Assembly: GCA_964016885.1 (NCBI GenBank) | Contig: OZ024760.1 | Span: forward strand, 27,342,001 to 27,406,000 | Origin: Eledone cirrhosa | Lineage: Eukaryota | Direction: 5' to 3' | Length of the DNA stretch: 64,000 nt | The notes under the pieces: generated by a model | What the model saw: only the letters and a program-made list of their open reading frames with translations | Database searches by the model: none | What the model was told of the DNA's origin: nothing | Position numbers and translations under genes: made by a program | Shown: in pieces, positions 1 to 12,790 of the stretch | Layout of the letters: each line of letters starts with the position of its first letter | Numbering within the stretch: the first letter of the stretch is position 1

Positions 1-826
1 CAATATAATTGCTTTAATTTCAACACACTCTCAGCTCAAGTCCCTTGCCAGATATGTAAAACTGACTAAAATGACCCTTCCATGGTGTAATTGCTTTAGT
101 TCCAATACACAACAGTCTCAGATCAAGTCCCCTACAAGACATGTACAACTGTGGTCAAAATGACTCTTCTATGCTGTAATTGTTTTAGTTCCAACACAGT
201 CTCAGATCAAGTCATCTGCCAGAGAGGGTCATCTGCCAGACATGTACAACTGTGGCTAAAATGATTCTTCTATGCTGTAATTGTTTTAGTTCCAACACAG
301 TCTCAGATCAAGTCATCTGCCAGAGAGGGTCATCTGCCAGACATGTACAACTGTGGCTAAAATGATTCTTCTATGCTGTAATTGTTTTAGTTCCAACACA
401 GTCTCAGATCAAGTCATCTGCCAGACATGTACAACTGTGGCTAAAATGATTCTTCTATGCTGTAATTGTTTTAGTTCCAACACAGTCTCAGATCAAGTCA
501 TCTGCCAGAGAGGGTCATCTGCCAGACATGTACAACTGTGGCTAAAATGATTCTTCTATGCTGTAATTGTTTTAGTTCCAACACAGTCTCAGATCAAGTC
601 ATCTGCCAGACATGTACAACTGTGGCTAAAATGATTCTTCTATGCTGTAATTGTTTTAGTTCCAACACAGTCTCAGATCAAGTCATCTGCCAGACATGTA
701 CAACTGTGGCTAAAATGATTCTTCTATGCTGTAATTGTTTTAGTTCCAACACAGTCTCAGATCAAGTCATCTGCCAGAGAGGGTCATCTGCTCAGATCAA
801 GTCACTTGTCAGACATGTACAAACCT
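1..826. repeat. Tandem repeat, 84-bp unit with a 101-bp variant (extra gagggtcatctgccaga)
   Basis: catgtacaac recurs at 140, 241, 342, 426, 527, 611, 695 (spacings 101/84). ORFs 353-550 and 538-828 only translate the repeat. Confidence 0.95.
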
Positions 827-1242
827 GAAACTCTACAACAGTTTACTTAGAACTTTTTTCTTTTTTTTTTTCAAAGAAAAAAAACTGTTTATATATCATC
901 CCTATTTTTTTAAAGCCCATTTTCCTCCACTAAAGCCTTACAGGGCCCAGGGTCCATGACAAGCTTCTCAAATTTGCTCTATCTGCTGCACTCCCACCCT
1001 ACTCACTCAACAACCACCTGGCTTTCATTTCTTCCAAAACTGTCTTCCTTGGTCTTCCTCTGTTTTTCTACTTCCTTCCTTATAAAATACACATTATTAT
1101 TATTATTATTATTTCTGTGTCCTTTACCTTCTTCCTGCTCCCTTCATTTTCGTTGGGATTATTATTTTTTAAACATGTCGTCCCTACTTCCCCCATTTCA
1201 TTTCCATATCTCTATAAACTTTGATGGGGTTAAAAATACACT

Positions 1243-1276
<34 letters not shown>

Positions 1277-1329
1277 CAAAAGGGATATTCAATTCAACAA
1301 GTTTTGGTACCCTTGAAATATATATATAC

Positions 1330-1376
<47 letters not shown>

Positions 1377-1568
1377 AATCTGTGAAACCCTTGAAAACAA
1401 CAATAACAAAAAGCAATAATGATATAAATATCCCATTTCTCGTCCCAAGTATTTTTTTTTTTATAAACATTATATTATAAAGAATATGAAATATATTATC
1501 AATATATTATATATATATATAATATACTATACAATATATATATAAAATGTACAATATATACATTATAT

Positions 1569-1620
<52 letters not shown>

Positions 1621-1975
1621 GAGTATATTTTTGTGTATATATGTCTAATTATACAGCTATTTTTTACCTAGTGATCAGGCTCTGTTCCAACAAACTCATG
1701 CTAAAATATCTTCAATCTTCAGTTTTACTGTTGTCCCGACAGGTGATGGGGTCCATGAGAGTATGAGAAGTTATCCACCATTAGTTTTATGTGAAATGAA
1801 ATGATCTGAATAAAGAACTTCATGAAAGTTTAATTGGAATACTATCCTAGTAACAGTAATTTTATTCTATTTTAACAAAAATCTTAGAAAATTAAAATCA
1901 TTATTATTTTTTTTTTTTTTGTTGAAACATTAAAAAATTAGAATAAAATTAAGAAGTATTATGAGATATGTGATA

Positions 1976-2940
1976 AATGACTGATAAATTTCAGAAAGTC
2001 AGTAAAATGAGGTAGAAATATATAAAGGGTAAAGGTTGACAAATAAAATAAAATAAAATTATGTTTTTCCTAGTATATTTCAGGACTATAACCCTCTCTT
2101 CAAATGTGATCAGTTAAGGAAGAATACATGGAGACTTCTGGTGTCCTTGGCCCTAGGGCTACCTCCCCACTTACCACCATAGGCGTTGAGCTGGTTAACC
2201 CTAGCAGTGGAGACTTCTGGTATCCTTGGCCCTAGGGCTACCTCCCTACTTACCACCATAGGCACAGACCTGGCTACCTGTAGCAGTGGAGACTTCTGGT
2301 GTCCCTGGCCCTAGGGCTGCCTCCCCACTTACCGTCATAGGCGCTGAGCTGGCTACCCCTAGCAGTGGAGACTTCTGGTGTCCTTGGTCCTAGAGCTACC
2401 TCCTTACTTACCACCATAGATGCTGAGCTGGCTACCTGTAGCAGTGGAGACTTCTGGTGTCCCTGGCCCTAGGGCTACCTCCCTAGTTACCACCATAGGT
2501 GCTGAGCTGGCTAGTCACAGGTGTGGGCCTCGCGAGATAGAATGGCTCTTCCAGTGCATCTGCCTTACCATCCTCCGGGGAAACGCTTTCTCCATTCTGT
2601 CTGCTGGGGTCTTGGGGTGGCAAGCACGTGGGACCCAATGTGCTCATAATAGTGAGATGGGGAGGGCAAGAAAGGCGGAGGCGATGACAGTGGGAATTCG
2701 GACGTGGTGTGTAGCAACAGTAGTCCAATGATATAGTATGGTGGCTTTATATACAGTAGTGGTAAATTTGTAATGTGCCATATTTGTAATCATTCGTTTT
2801 CCATTTGAACAGCTTCTGCTTCACATTTGAAAAGAGGGTAATAAACCCGAAATATATAGGGTAAAACATTACTTTGTTTTGTTTTATTTGTCATTAGATA
2901 TTTCTACCATATTGTACCGGATTTTTGAAACTTAGTCATT
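1976..2940. repeat. Diverged inverted repeat pair (~1976-2110 and ~2821-2940) with a degenerate hammerhead-like motif
   Basis: The right arm tcacatttgaaaagagggtaataaacccgaaatata...ttttatttgtca...tatttctacc...agtcatt aligns to the reverse complement of the left arm. Confidence 0.7.
2130..2615 (+). mobile_element. 3' fragment of an RLE-type (CRE-clade-like) non-LTR retrotransposon with 5 tandem 79-bp copies of its RLE segment
   Basis: ORF 2420-2731 reads PVAVETSGVPGPRA...PREIEWLFQCICLTILRGNAFSIL, which resembles the CRE RLE C-terminus (P.AVET.G..G...FQRISIAIQRGNA.SIL). ggagacttctgg recurs at 2130, 2209, 2288, 2367, 2446. Confidence 0.7.
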
Positions 2941-3056
2941 AAAAAAAGGATTTGCTAGATAAAGAACTGACAAAATATGTAACATACAAAATTAAAAAAG
3001 TATTAGGAAAGCCACAACAATATGAACAGGAAGTATAATGGTGGTGCTAGTGTAAT

Positions 3057-3250
3057 GTATGAAGATCAGCTTAAATGTCCATAGGCTGACCAAGGTACTC
3101 TCATGGAATGACCAATTGAGGTTTATTTTTCAACATAGTATCTGGAAAGAAACAATGCAATTATTAATAAGAAGAGTTGAAATTAATACATGTAAGATTT
3201 CACAGGTCTAGCATCACTCCTTCATAGTCAGTCTATGAACTTTTTATCCA
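3057..3250. mobile_element. Degenerate mariner-derived MITE
   Basis: Imperfect TIRs (aaatgtccataggctgac ... gtcagtctatgaacttt). The internal ttttcaacatagt is the antisense of a mariner YVEK-type C-terminus. Confidence 0.45.
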
Positions 3251-3849
3251 TTACAAAATAAATCTATGTTCATCATAAGTGAAAAATAGCTGTATTAAAA
3301 ATATATATCATATATATTATATATACGATATATTATATTATATATATATAATATATTAGATATATTATATATTCTACATACAATATATTCAATACATTAT
3401 ATATTAGATATTAAATCTACTATATATCTTATATACAATATATTAACTATAATATATATTCTCTATATATTATATATGATATAATATATATTATATATAA
3501 TACATTAGTTAAAATGTATATTCTATATCTAATATATTCGATATAATATATTTTAAAATATATATATATAAGGAAATAATAGCAGAGTGTATGAAACAAA
3601 ACTTGTTTGGCAACGGAAAAAATGGATTTTTTTGTAATTTTTTTGTCTTACATTTTTGTCTTACATTTTTCTCTTAATTCTACTTTTTTTTTTACATTTT
3701 ATAAAAAAAAAAAAACAAAGAAATGTTTTGCATGAAAAACAAAAAAACAAAAATCGTATCTGAATGAATTTGCCTCTCAAAAACAAACTGTTTTACTTTT
3801 TTTTTAAAGTTTTATTTTTCCTTGTATTAAATGAAATTTCATTTAACAC

Positions 3850-4331
3850 CATTTTGTCATCATATATTTAACAGTTTTGTCATCTAATAGATAACAGTTT
3901 TTTGTCATATAGTTAACAGCTTTGTCATCAAATAGTTAACAGTTTTGTCATCATATAGATAACAGTTCTGTCATCATATAGATAACAGTTTTGTCATCAT
4001 ATAGATAACATTTTGTCATCATATAGATAACAGTTTTGTCATCATATTGATAACATTTTGTCATCATATAGATAACAGTTTTGTCATCATATAAATAACA
4101 GTTTTGTCATCATATAGATAACAGTTTTGTCATCATATAGATAACATTTTGTCATCATATAGATAACAGTTTTGTCATCATATAGATAACAGTTTTGTCA
4201 TCATATAGATAACAGTTTTGTCATCATATAGATAACAGTTTTGTCATCATATAGATAACAGTTTTGTCATCATATAGATAACAGTTTTGTCATCATATAG
4301 ATAACAGTTTTGTCATCATATAGATAACAGT
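3850..4331. repeat. 23-bp minisatellite (acagttttgtcatcatatagata)n
   Basis: gtcatc at 4151, 4174, 4197 etc. Confidence 0.95.
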
Positions 4332-4414
4332 CTTTTGTTAACATTGTTGACAAAGAAGAGTTTCTCCATACAGAGATGGGTGCAATGCTGCATGGTAGTG
4401 AGACATGGTCACAT

Positions 4415-5413
4415 ATTCACTTCTAAATATAGTCCCCACCACATGAAGCTGTACATGAGAGGACCACATTCCTACTTTTCAATATAGTCCCCACCACATG
4501 AAGCTGTACATGAGAGGACCACATTCCTACTTCACAATATAGTCACTACCACATGAAACTCTACATGAGAAGACCACATTCCTACTTCACAATATAGTCC
4601 CTACCACATGAAGCTGTACATGAGAGGACCACATTCCTACTTCTCAATATAGTCCCCACCACATGAAGCTGTACATGAGAGGACCACATTCCTACTTCTC
4701 AATATAGTCCCCACCACATGAAACTCTACATGAGAAGACCACATTCCTACTTCTCAATATAGTCCCCACCACATGAAGCTGTACATGAGAGGACCACATT
4801 CCTACTTCTCAATATAGTCCCCACCACATGAAGCTGTACATGAGAGGACCATATTCCTACTTCTCAATATAGTCACTACCACATGAAGCTGTACATGAGA
4901 GGACCATATTCCTACTTCTCAATATAGTCCCCACCACATGAAACTCTACATGAGAGGACCACATTCCTACTTCTTAATATAGTCCCCACCACATGAAGCT
5001 GTACATGAGAGGACCACATTCCTACTTCTCAATATAGTCCCCACCACATGAAGTTGTACATGAGAGGACCACATTCCTACTTCTTAATATAGTCCCCACC
5101 ACATGAAGTTGTACATGAGAGGACCACATTCCTACTTCTCAATATAGTCCCCACCACATGAAGCTGTACATGAGAGGACCACATTCCTACTTCTCAATAT
5201 AGTCCCCACCACATGAAGTTGTACATGAGAGGACCACATTCCTACTTCTTAATATAGTCCCCACCACATGAAGTTGTACATGAGAGGACCACATTCCTAC
5301 TTCTCAATATAGTCCCCACCACATGAAGCTGTACATGAGAGGACCACATTCCTACTTCTCAATATAGTCCCCACCACATGAAGCTGTACATGAGAGGACC
5401 ACATTCCTACTTC
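4415..5413. repeat. 55-bp satellite, ~18 copies, containing the mariner transposase C-terminus in antisense
   Basis: agtcc recurs every 55 bp from 4431 to 5366. ctacttctcaatatagtccccacc is the reverse complement of GGDYIEK*. Confidence 0.93.
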
Positions 5414-6198
5414 ATACAATAGCAGCATTCCACCCTTCAAATGAAGGTATCTATCCCAGCTTTGTAAAACTCTGCTGGCGCCTCATGAAGCCAATTCTTT
5501 ACAACAGTTTTCATTTCCTCATCATCTGCATAATGGTAGCCTCTCAATGCTTCTTTCATGAGACCGAAGAGGAGGTAGTTTGCTGGTGCCATTCAAGGTG
5601 AGTATGGAGGGTGTAGCAGAGTTGTTCACCTGAATGATGTGATTTCCTCCTTTGTCCTGATGATTATGTAAGGTTTGGCATTGTCCTGTTGAAGACGAAG
5701 AACTTTATTAATCTCCAACTCTGGTCTTACTCGTCAAATTCTTGCTTTTAGTATTTTTAGTATCTCAATATGTGTCAGAGTTAATTGTTTTTCTTCTTTG
5801 CAAGAAATCAATAAGAATCTCTCCTTGAGTATCCCAAAAGACAGTCGCCATGATTTTTCCCGATGAGTTTTATGTCTTGAACTTTTGGGTTTCTGGAGAT
5901 GTTGGGTGATGCCATTCCATTGATTGCCATTTTGACTCAGGTTCATAATGATGAATCCATGTTTCATCACCTGTAATAAGCCTTCTAAAGAACGTGTCGT
6001 CTCTTTGACTGAATTCAAGGAGCTCAGTGCAGCAGTTAACCCTTTCAGTCTTGTGCTCAACTGTGAGTTGCCTTGGCACCTAACAAGCACAGACCTTTGA
6101 AAACCCAATGAGTCAACAATGTTGTGAAGACTACCATGACTTATTCCAAGCTCTAATACCAATTCATCAACGGTTATGCGCCTATCATCTCTGATTAA

Positions 6199-7139
6199 CC
6201 CTTTAGCATTCAAACCGGCCATATCCGGCCAGAATTCTCTCTTCTTTCTGTTCAAACCAGCCACTCATACTTATGTTAAGGTATTGTTATAAAAGTAAAT
6301 AATATCAAAATCTCATAGACTCAATATTATGTGAGGTAAAGACTTTACCATGAAAATACAATAGAGTAATGTAAATATTATGTGAGGTAAAGACTTTACT
6401 GTGAAAATACAATAGTATATATAGAGTAATGTAAATGTTATGTGAGATATTATGTGAGGTAAAGCCTTTACTGTGAAAATACAATAGTATATATAGAGTA
6501 ATGTAAATGTTTTGTGAGGTAAAGCCTTTACTGTGACAATACAATAGTATATATAGAGTAATGTAAATGTTATGTGAGATATTATGAGGTAAAGACTTTA
6601 CTGTGAAAATACAATAGTATATATAAAGTAATGTAAATGTTTTGTGAGGTAAAGCCTTTACTGTGAAAATACAATAGTATATATAGAGTAATGTAAATGT
6701 TATGTGAGATATTATGTGAGGTAAAGCCTATACTGTGAAAATACAATAGTATATATAGAGTAATGTAAATGCTATGTGAGATATTATGTGAAGTAAAGCC
6801 TTTACTGTAACAATACAATAGTATATATAGAGTAATGTAAATGTTATGTGAGATATTATGTGAGGTAAAGACTTTACTGTGACAATACAATAGTATATAT
6901 AGAGTAATGTAAATATTATGTGAGATATTATGTGAGGTAAAGCCTTTACTGTGACAATACAATAGTATATATAGAGTAATGTAAATGTTATGTGAGATAT
7001 TATGTGAGGTAAAGTCTTTACTGTGACAATACAATAGTATATATAGAGTAATGTAAATGTTATGTGAGATATTATGTGAGGTAAAGACTTTACTGTGACA
7101 ATACAATAGTATATATAGAGTAATGTAAATGCTAAAGGG
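6199..7139. mobile_element. piggyBac-like MITE with an expanded internal 59/71-bp tandem array, nested in the mariner
   Basis: TTAA|CCCTTTAGCATT ... AATGCTAAAGGG|TTAA. Removing it restores the mariner frame (KADA-LIRDDRR). Confidence 0.9.
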
Positions 7140-7324
7140 TTAAAGCATCTGCTTTTGCTTTATTGACAGAAGTTGAGAGGCAGCCAGCACAAGGCATGTC
7201 TGCTAAGCTTGCTGTTCCCACCTCTTCATCTTCATTCAGCCGACAGCTCCATCTACACACATTGCTATAGTCTAAGGCATCACCTTTATAAACATTTTAG
7301 TCTTTTATGAATGCTAATAGGAGT

Positions 7325-7680
7325 TATAGGGTCTTGACTGTGTTAATTGGACGACAAGGTCACTTCAGAAGCTCTCTACATTCCAGAAACACATCATGAG
7401 ACTTATGACTGGCAAGCGACTCAGCGACTGCATCTGTATCAGTGAGCTGCTCAACATTACCAGACTTAGACCAATTACATCAATTGTCAAGTCAAGAGTA
7501 CTCAAACTATACGTCCATATAAAAAGATCAACTCGTGGTGTGAGTAGGTTATGCCTGGAAGGAAGGTTGGCTGGTAAGAGAAGCAGAGGCTGGCAGCCAA
7601 AACGATGGCTTGATAATGTCAACTTATGGACTTGATCTTTGTTCCTTAAACTCAGCTGGTGGTGATCAAAAGGTATTATA
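7325..7680 (+). mobile_element. Old RTE-like LINE 3' fragment inside the mariner
   Basis: ORF 7396-7635 reads LKLYVHIKR...LCLEGRLAGKRSRGWQPKRWLDNV, an RTE C-terminal motif. Confidence 0.7.
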
Positions 7681-7896
7681 TATGCCTGGAAGGAATTACT
7701 GCTCTTTACTTCTGATAGACTTCCAAGGAGGCAGCCATCTTGAAATCAACTCAATAACTCATACAAATCTGAAAAACAAAATTAGATATTTTAGTATCAA
7801 GACGATATGTGCCTTTACCTTTGTGCCAAATTTCAACTCATTCTATATAAAATGAGCCTTCTATGATAAAAAAAGGCAGATATATCATTTTAATTA

Positions 7897-8270
7897 CCGT
7901 ATTTTCCCGGCACTGAAGGCGCCTCATCTTCAAGGATGCACCCTAATTTTGACAACCAAAAATTTGAAAAAAAAAAATTGTTTCTACATTTGGCACAAAG
8001 CCAGCAATTATTCCAGTGTATTACTGGTACTTTATTTTATCGACCTCGTAAGGATGAAAGGCAAAGTTAACCTTGGCAGAATTTGAACTCAGACCATAAA
8101 GAGCTGTAACTCTATATTGAAAAGCATGGTGTCCGACTCTCTACCGATACCGCCAATCCACCGCCATTGAAAAAAAAATAATAAAACAACCTTTGCCTCC
8201 GGGACACATGGTAGAATTTTGAGAGTTATTTTAGGAAAAAAAGTAGTGTCTTTGACACAGAGAAATACAG
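7897..8270. mobile_element. Tc1/pogo-like MITE (TA TSD) containing a SINE
   Basis: ta|CCGTATTTTCCCGG ... AGAGAAATACAG|ta imperfect TIRs. Confidence 0.6.
7979..8167 (-). mobile_element. tRNA-derived SINE family 1 (MetaSINE-like)
   Basis: Reverse complement of the 33491-33680 copy. Confidence 0.85.
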
Positions 8271-8693
8271 TAATTTATGGTTGTTTCTTCCATATTTTTG
8301 AGTAGATTAATAATTAATTACTAAAACCAAAAATTTGAATCTTCAGAATTATTACAATTTAAGTCAATATAAGCACAATGGTTAGGATTTAGAGTATCTA
8401 GATATAAACATTAATATTGAATTAGGCACACAAGTGAACAGGTTATAATATTATAGTGTAATATACATGGCAGCTGGAAATCAGTCGACTAATCTAAAAA
8501 GAATATTAGTCTCCTGATATTTTTCATAGCAAGGAATTGTTTTTCTCGCTCCATATAAGGATGTAATTACCTCACATATTTTTCATCCATTTCCAGAGAA
8601 TGTCTTCAAGGGCCACCGTACGTCTTCCTGTTTTCTTTTGGTTGTAATGTTTTTTGAAATATTTACTTCTGTGTCCACAAATTGATTTTTCTC

Positions 8694-8744
8694 ACTTTCA
8701 GAAGATCCCATAAAGGGTGAAAGCAGAAATTCTTTGCTTAAACT
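8694..8744 (+). ncRNA. Hammerhead-like fold, family D (CAGAAGA core)
   Basis: acttt CAGAAGA t ccc ataaa ggg t GAAA gcag aaattct ttgc TT aaact, followed by (TA)n. Confidence 0.5.
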
Positions 8745-8758
8745 TTAATCTGTACTAG

Positions 8759-8800
<42 letters not shown>

Positions 8801-8802
<2 letters not shown>

Positions 8803-9001
8803 CAAAGGAAATGTGGTAAGGAACCAGGTGGACCATAATGCACCAAAGTACTCAATACTTAGGGTAGTAGAGTGGGTAATAGGAACGAGTAGGACCCCGA
8901 TGGCTGAGCTCAAGCCGTTTCGACGGCTATTTCTGGACTAGAACTAGTCCAGAACTAGCCGTCAAAACGGCTTGAGCTCAGCCATCGGGGTCCTACTCGT
9001 T

Positions 9002-9006
<5 letters not shown>
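8801..9006 (-). mobile_element. PLE-type pLTR fragment, family A (fold-back plus tail), flanked by (TA)n
   Basis: Palindrome ~8879-9006 centred on ctagaactag. The tail matches copies at 35150, 37122 and 48097. Confidence 0.7.
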
Positions 9007-9051
<45 letters not shown>

Positions 9052-9477
9052 CATACGTATGTACATACATACATATGTACGTACGTATATATATATATTT
9101 ATATATATATATATGAAAAGAGTCAGGACCCTGACGCCTGAGCTCCAGCCATTTTGACAGCTAGATCCAAACTCTGGTGCATTGTGGTCCACCTGGTATC
9201 TTACCACACCCTCTTTGTTATATATATATGTGTGTGTGTGTATTTTAGTGAATATATATATATATGCATATATATATGTGTATATATTATGTCTATATAT
9301 ACATATATATGTGTGTATATATTATGTCTATATATACATATATATGTGTGTATGTTTGTGAATGTGTGCACATGTGTATGTATGTATGTATGTCTGTTTA
9401 TATATAAAAAAATAAGTGTGCATATGATTGTGAATATGTGGCCACAGACATATATATATATATATATATATATGTAT

Positions 9478-9910
9478 GTTATGTTGGTACCATAACATCC
9501 AGTCCGAAACAAATGAGGTCGTGTAGGTGTCACGACAAAAAAAAACACACAGTCCGCGCTGTAATGTGGCCGTGTAGGTAACACGGTAAAAACCTCCCAG
9601 TCCACACTGTAAACGTGGTTGGTGTTAGGAAGGGCATCCAGCCGTAGAAAACCCGCCAGATGTGTAGGTGTCACGACAAAAAAACACACAGTCCACGCTG
9701 TAATGTGGCCGTGTAGGTAACACGGTAAAAACCTCCCAGTCCACACTGTAAACGTGGTTTGGTGTTAGGAAGGGCATCCAGCCGTAGAAAACCCGCCAGA
9801 CAGTCCTATACGAGCAGGACAACCAAATATAGCCTCAAGTGGGAAAACTCCGGTCCAAACCCATGCATGCGTGGAAGATGGACGTTAAACGATGATGATG
9901 ATGATGATGA
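9478..9910 (+). mobile_element. Solo RTE 3'UTR with an internal duplication and (GAT)n tail
   Basis: Matches the 3'UTRs of the RTEs at 30575-30873 and 52856-53150. Confidence 0.85.
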
Positions 9911-9920
9911 TATATATATA

Positions 9921-10792
9921 AAGTTACAGTATCGTGGGAGAGGATGGAAAGAAGAGGTATAGAGAGAAACGATACAGATGATTATTTGCCAAAAGCAGGT
10001 GCATTCGTGGTCGATGCTTATGCAAAGTGTTAAACATTAGAGGCGTTAGTATCTAGTGTGCGAAGTTAAGCAGAGCAACTATAATCGAAGAAGTTGATGA
10101 AAGAGAAGCAAGCCATTAAAATACATTTATAGAAAGCTCTTACGCGTGTTTCACCCAATGGGGCTCGTCTGAGGCTTTTAAAAAAGTAACAAATTTAATA
10201 ATGAACCGCCTCATTACATTGACTTGACAAAGCATAATTAAATTAGCACCTTGTAACTAGAAGTGTGGAAAAAAAATGTTGTAATAGCGATCATTAATTT
10301 AACAGATAACTCTAACTAGCATCGTAATTACCTCCCCTTGTTCATAAAGATAAACACTAGACTCTGTAACACTGAGCTATGAATTTCGATGTTAAAATCT
10401 TACTCATACTCTTGCAGGGTTCATTATTAAATTCTTTACTTGTCTGAGGCTTTTAAAAAAGTAAAGAATTTAATAATTGTCTCTACTTTAGGCACAAAGC
10501 CAGCAATTACTCAGTGCATTACTGGTACTTTATTTTATCGACCCCGTAAGGATGAAAGGCAAAGTCAATCCCGCCGAGGTTGACTTTTCCTTTCATCCTT
10601 ACGGGGTCGATAAAATAAAGTACCAGTAATGCATTGGATAATTGCTGGCCTTGTGCCTAAAGTAGAGACAATTATTAAATTCTTTACTTTTTTAAAAGCC
10701 TCAGACAAGCCCGATTGGGTGAAACATGTGTAAGATCTTTTTATAAATGTATTTTAATGGCTTGCTTCTCTTTCATCAACTTCTTTGATTAT
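9921..10792. mobile_element. PLE-type element, family B: inverted hammerhead-bearing arms (~10080-10203 / ~10670-10792) around a SINE palindrome
   Basis: Minus strand 10133-10178 reads AAAGCCT CAGACGA G CCC catt GGG T GAAA C acgc G TA AGAGCTTT. An inverted copy lies at 10695-10740. Confidence 0.65.
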
Positions 10793-10817
10793 ATATATAT
10801 ATATATATATATATGTA

Positions 10818-10978
10818 TGAAATAGTCGGGATCCCAACACCTGAGTTCTGGTGAAACAATAAGAGCTCAGCCGTTGGGGTCCCAACTCTTTCATATAACC
10901 ATACTCTACTATCCCAAGTATTGAGTACTCTGGTAAGTAATGGTCCAAACAGTTTTATACTGCATCCATTTTGATTTA
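10818..10978 (+). mobile_element. Diverged family-A pLTR fragment (fold-back plus tail)
   Basis: tatgaaa...gggatcccaac...gttggggtccc...tttcata, then actctactatcccaagtattgagtactctgg. Confidence 0.6.
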
Positions 10979-11263
10979 TATATATATGTGTATATATACA
11001 TGTGTGTGTGTTTAGTATTTCCATAGAAAAAGTAAAAGAAAGAAGAGTGCTCTATGTATAGTACAGAGCTAACTAGTTACATAATAAACAACACAATATA
11101 ATTATTCCATTACCAAAGGTTTCAGGAGACAAGACGATCCTTATAAATATATATATCAAACATATTAGTGTAGTTATATAATATAGTAAAATATATAATA
11201 TATTTTTATAATTAGTGTATATATCATTCATTATATATAAGTTAATGGTTTTATTTATTATAT

Positions 11264-11903
11264 ATTAGCAGTGGTACCCAGCGTTGCACGGGAGAAGGTA
11301 TTTTGGAACTCGTGCTGCCAACAGACCTAATCATGGAAAAACTGAATGCCTGGACAATATGTAAAGAAAATAAACCGAATACTCTGATGGCTGGATAATC
11401 TTTAAGATTTTCCTCGATGAAGCAGAAAAAGTGCAGGTTTTCACCTAATGCGGGCCCTAGGGAATCAAGAAAATGAATATTTTTATGTGCATAATATGCC
11501 TTGAAATTTCGGGAAGACGTAACGCCTCAAACGGGCCCTAAAAAGCTGAAAAAATGAAGTTTTTCACCTAATGCGGGCCCTAGGCCATAAAAAAGTCGGA
11601 TTTTCTTTGCTCATGGGATGAAGAAGAGACTGACTATTACATAGTTACAATTTCAAGGAAATCGGTCTGACGTAACGCATCAAAAAAACCCTAAAAAGCT
11701 GAAAAAACGCAGTTTTTCACCTAATGCGGGCCCTAGGGGATCAAAAAGTTGAATTTTTATGTGCATAACACTCCCTGAAACATAAATAATACACAAATAA
11801 AGTTTGAAAAAAATCGGTTGGGTACTTCTGGCGTTTTAGGGATTCAAACTCACAGACACACACACACACACAGACAGACATCCTCAGTTTTATATATATA
11901 GAG
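11264..11903 (+). mobile_element. Non-autonomous Helitron/Helentron-like element
   Basis: 5' attagcagtggtacccagcgttgcacggg, internal repeats (ttttcacctaatgcgggccctag x3) and 3' aaatcgg...acagacagaca...ttttatatatatag, the layout of DINE-1/HINE-like elements. Confidence 0.65.
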
Positions 11904-12149
11904 ATTATTTACAATTTGTGTGTAGGCAGGTCTGTCTGGAAATAGGGTTGGGGAAGTACTGAGGTTATTACATGGCTATGAAGGGGGCAGTGGCCCCAAA
12001 AGTGTGAGAACATCTGGTTTACAGTCTCTGGCCAACAGGTGAGTTTTCACAGAGGCCTCCTAAAACACCTGGATTGATATCATAATAATGTACATCTGGA
12101 AACTGTTGGTTTTGGCAATGGACAGGCCCATATAAAGTTCATAACAGAC

Positions 12150-12790
12150 TAGGACCAGATGTAAAATGGGGGCCCATGTAAAGTCAGCAATAGGCCCAGG
12201 CCAGATGTAGAATGTAAGCCCAGGCCAGATGTAGAATGTAGGCCCAAGCCAGATGTAGAATGAAGGCCCAGGCCAGATGTAGAATGTAGGCCCAGGCCAG
12301 ATGTAGAATGTAGACCCAAGCCAGATGTAGAATGTAGGCCCAGGCCAGATGTAGAATGTAGACCCACCCAGATTTAAAATGTAGGCCCAGGCCAGATGTA
12401 AAATGTTGGCCCAGGCCAGATGTAAAATGTTGGCCCAGATGTAGAATGTAGACCCACCCAGATTTAAAATGTAGACCCAGGCCAGATGTAGAATGTAGGC
12501 CCAGGCCAGATGTAGAATGTAGGCCCAGGCCAGATGTATAATGTAGACCTAGGCCAGATGTAGAATGTAGGATAATACAATTTGGTAATAAGCCCATGCC
12601 AGATGTGAACTCTAGGCCCTGACCAAATGTAAAATGCAGACCCTTGAAAATGTGGTAATAGGCTCAGGCCAGATGTGAAATATAGACCCAGACCAGATGT
12701 GAAATATAGACCCAGGCCAGGTGTGAAATATAGACCCAGGCCAGATGTGAAATATAGACCCAGGCCAGGTGTGAAATATAGGCTACAGGT
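12150..12790. repeat. 24-bp minisatellite (gcccaggccagatgtagaatgtag)n
   Basis: Directly visible; it produces the GLGLHSTS repeat ORF. Confidence 0.92.

Larger units (their letters stand above)
5414..7740 (-). mobile_element. Degenerate mariner transposase pseudogene interrupted by two insertions
   Basis: Minus-strand peptides MAASLEV..., ADALIRDDRRITVDELVLELGISHGSLHNIV, PRQLT..., RLITGDETWIHHYEPESKWQSMEW and FYKAGI; frameshifts and stops present. Confidence 0.9.
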
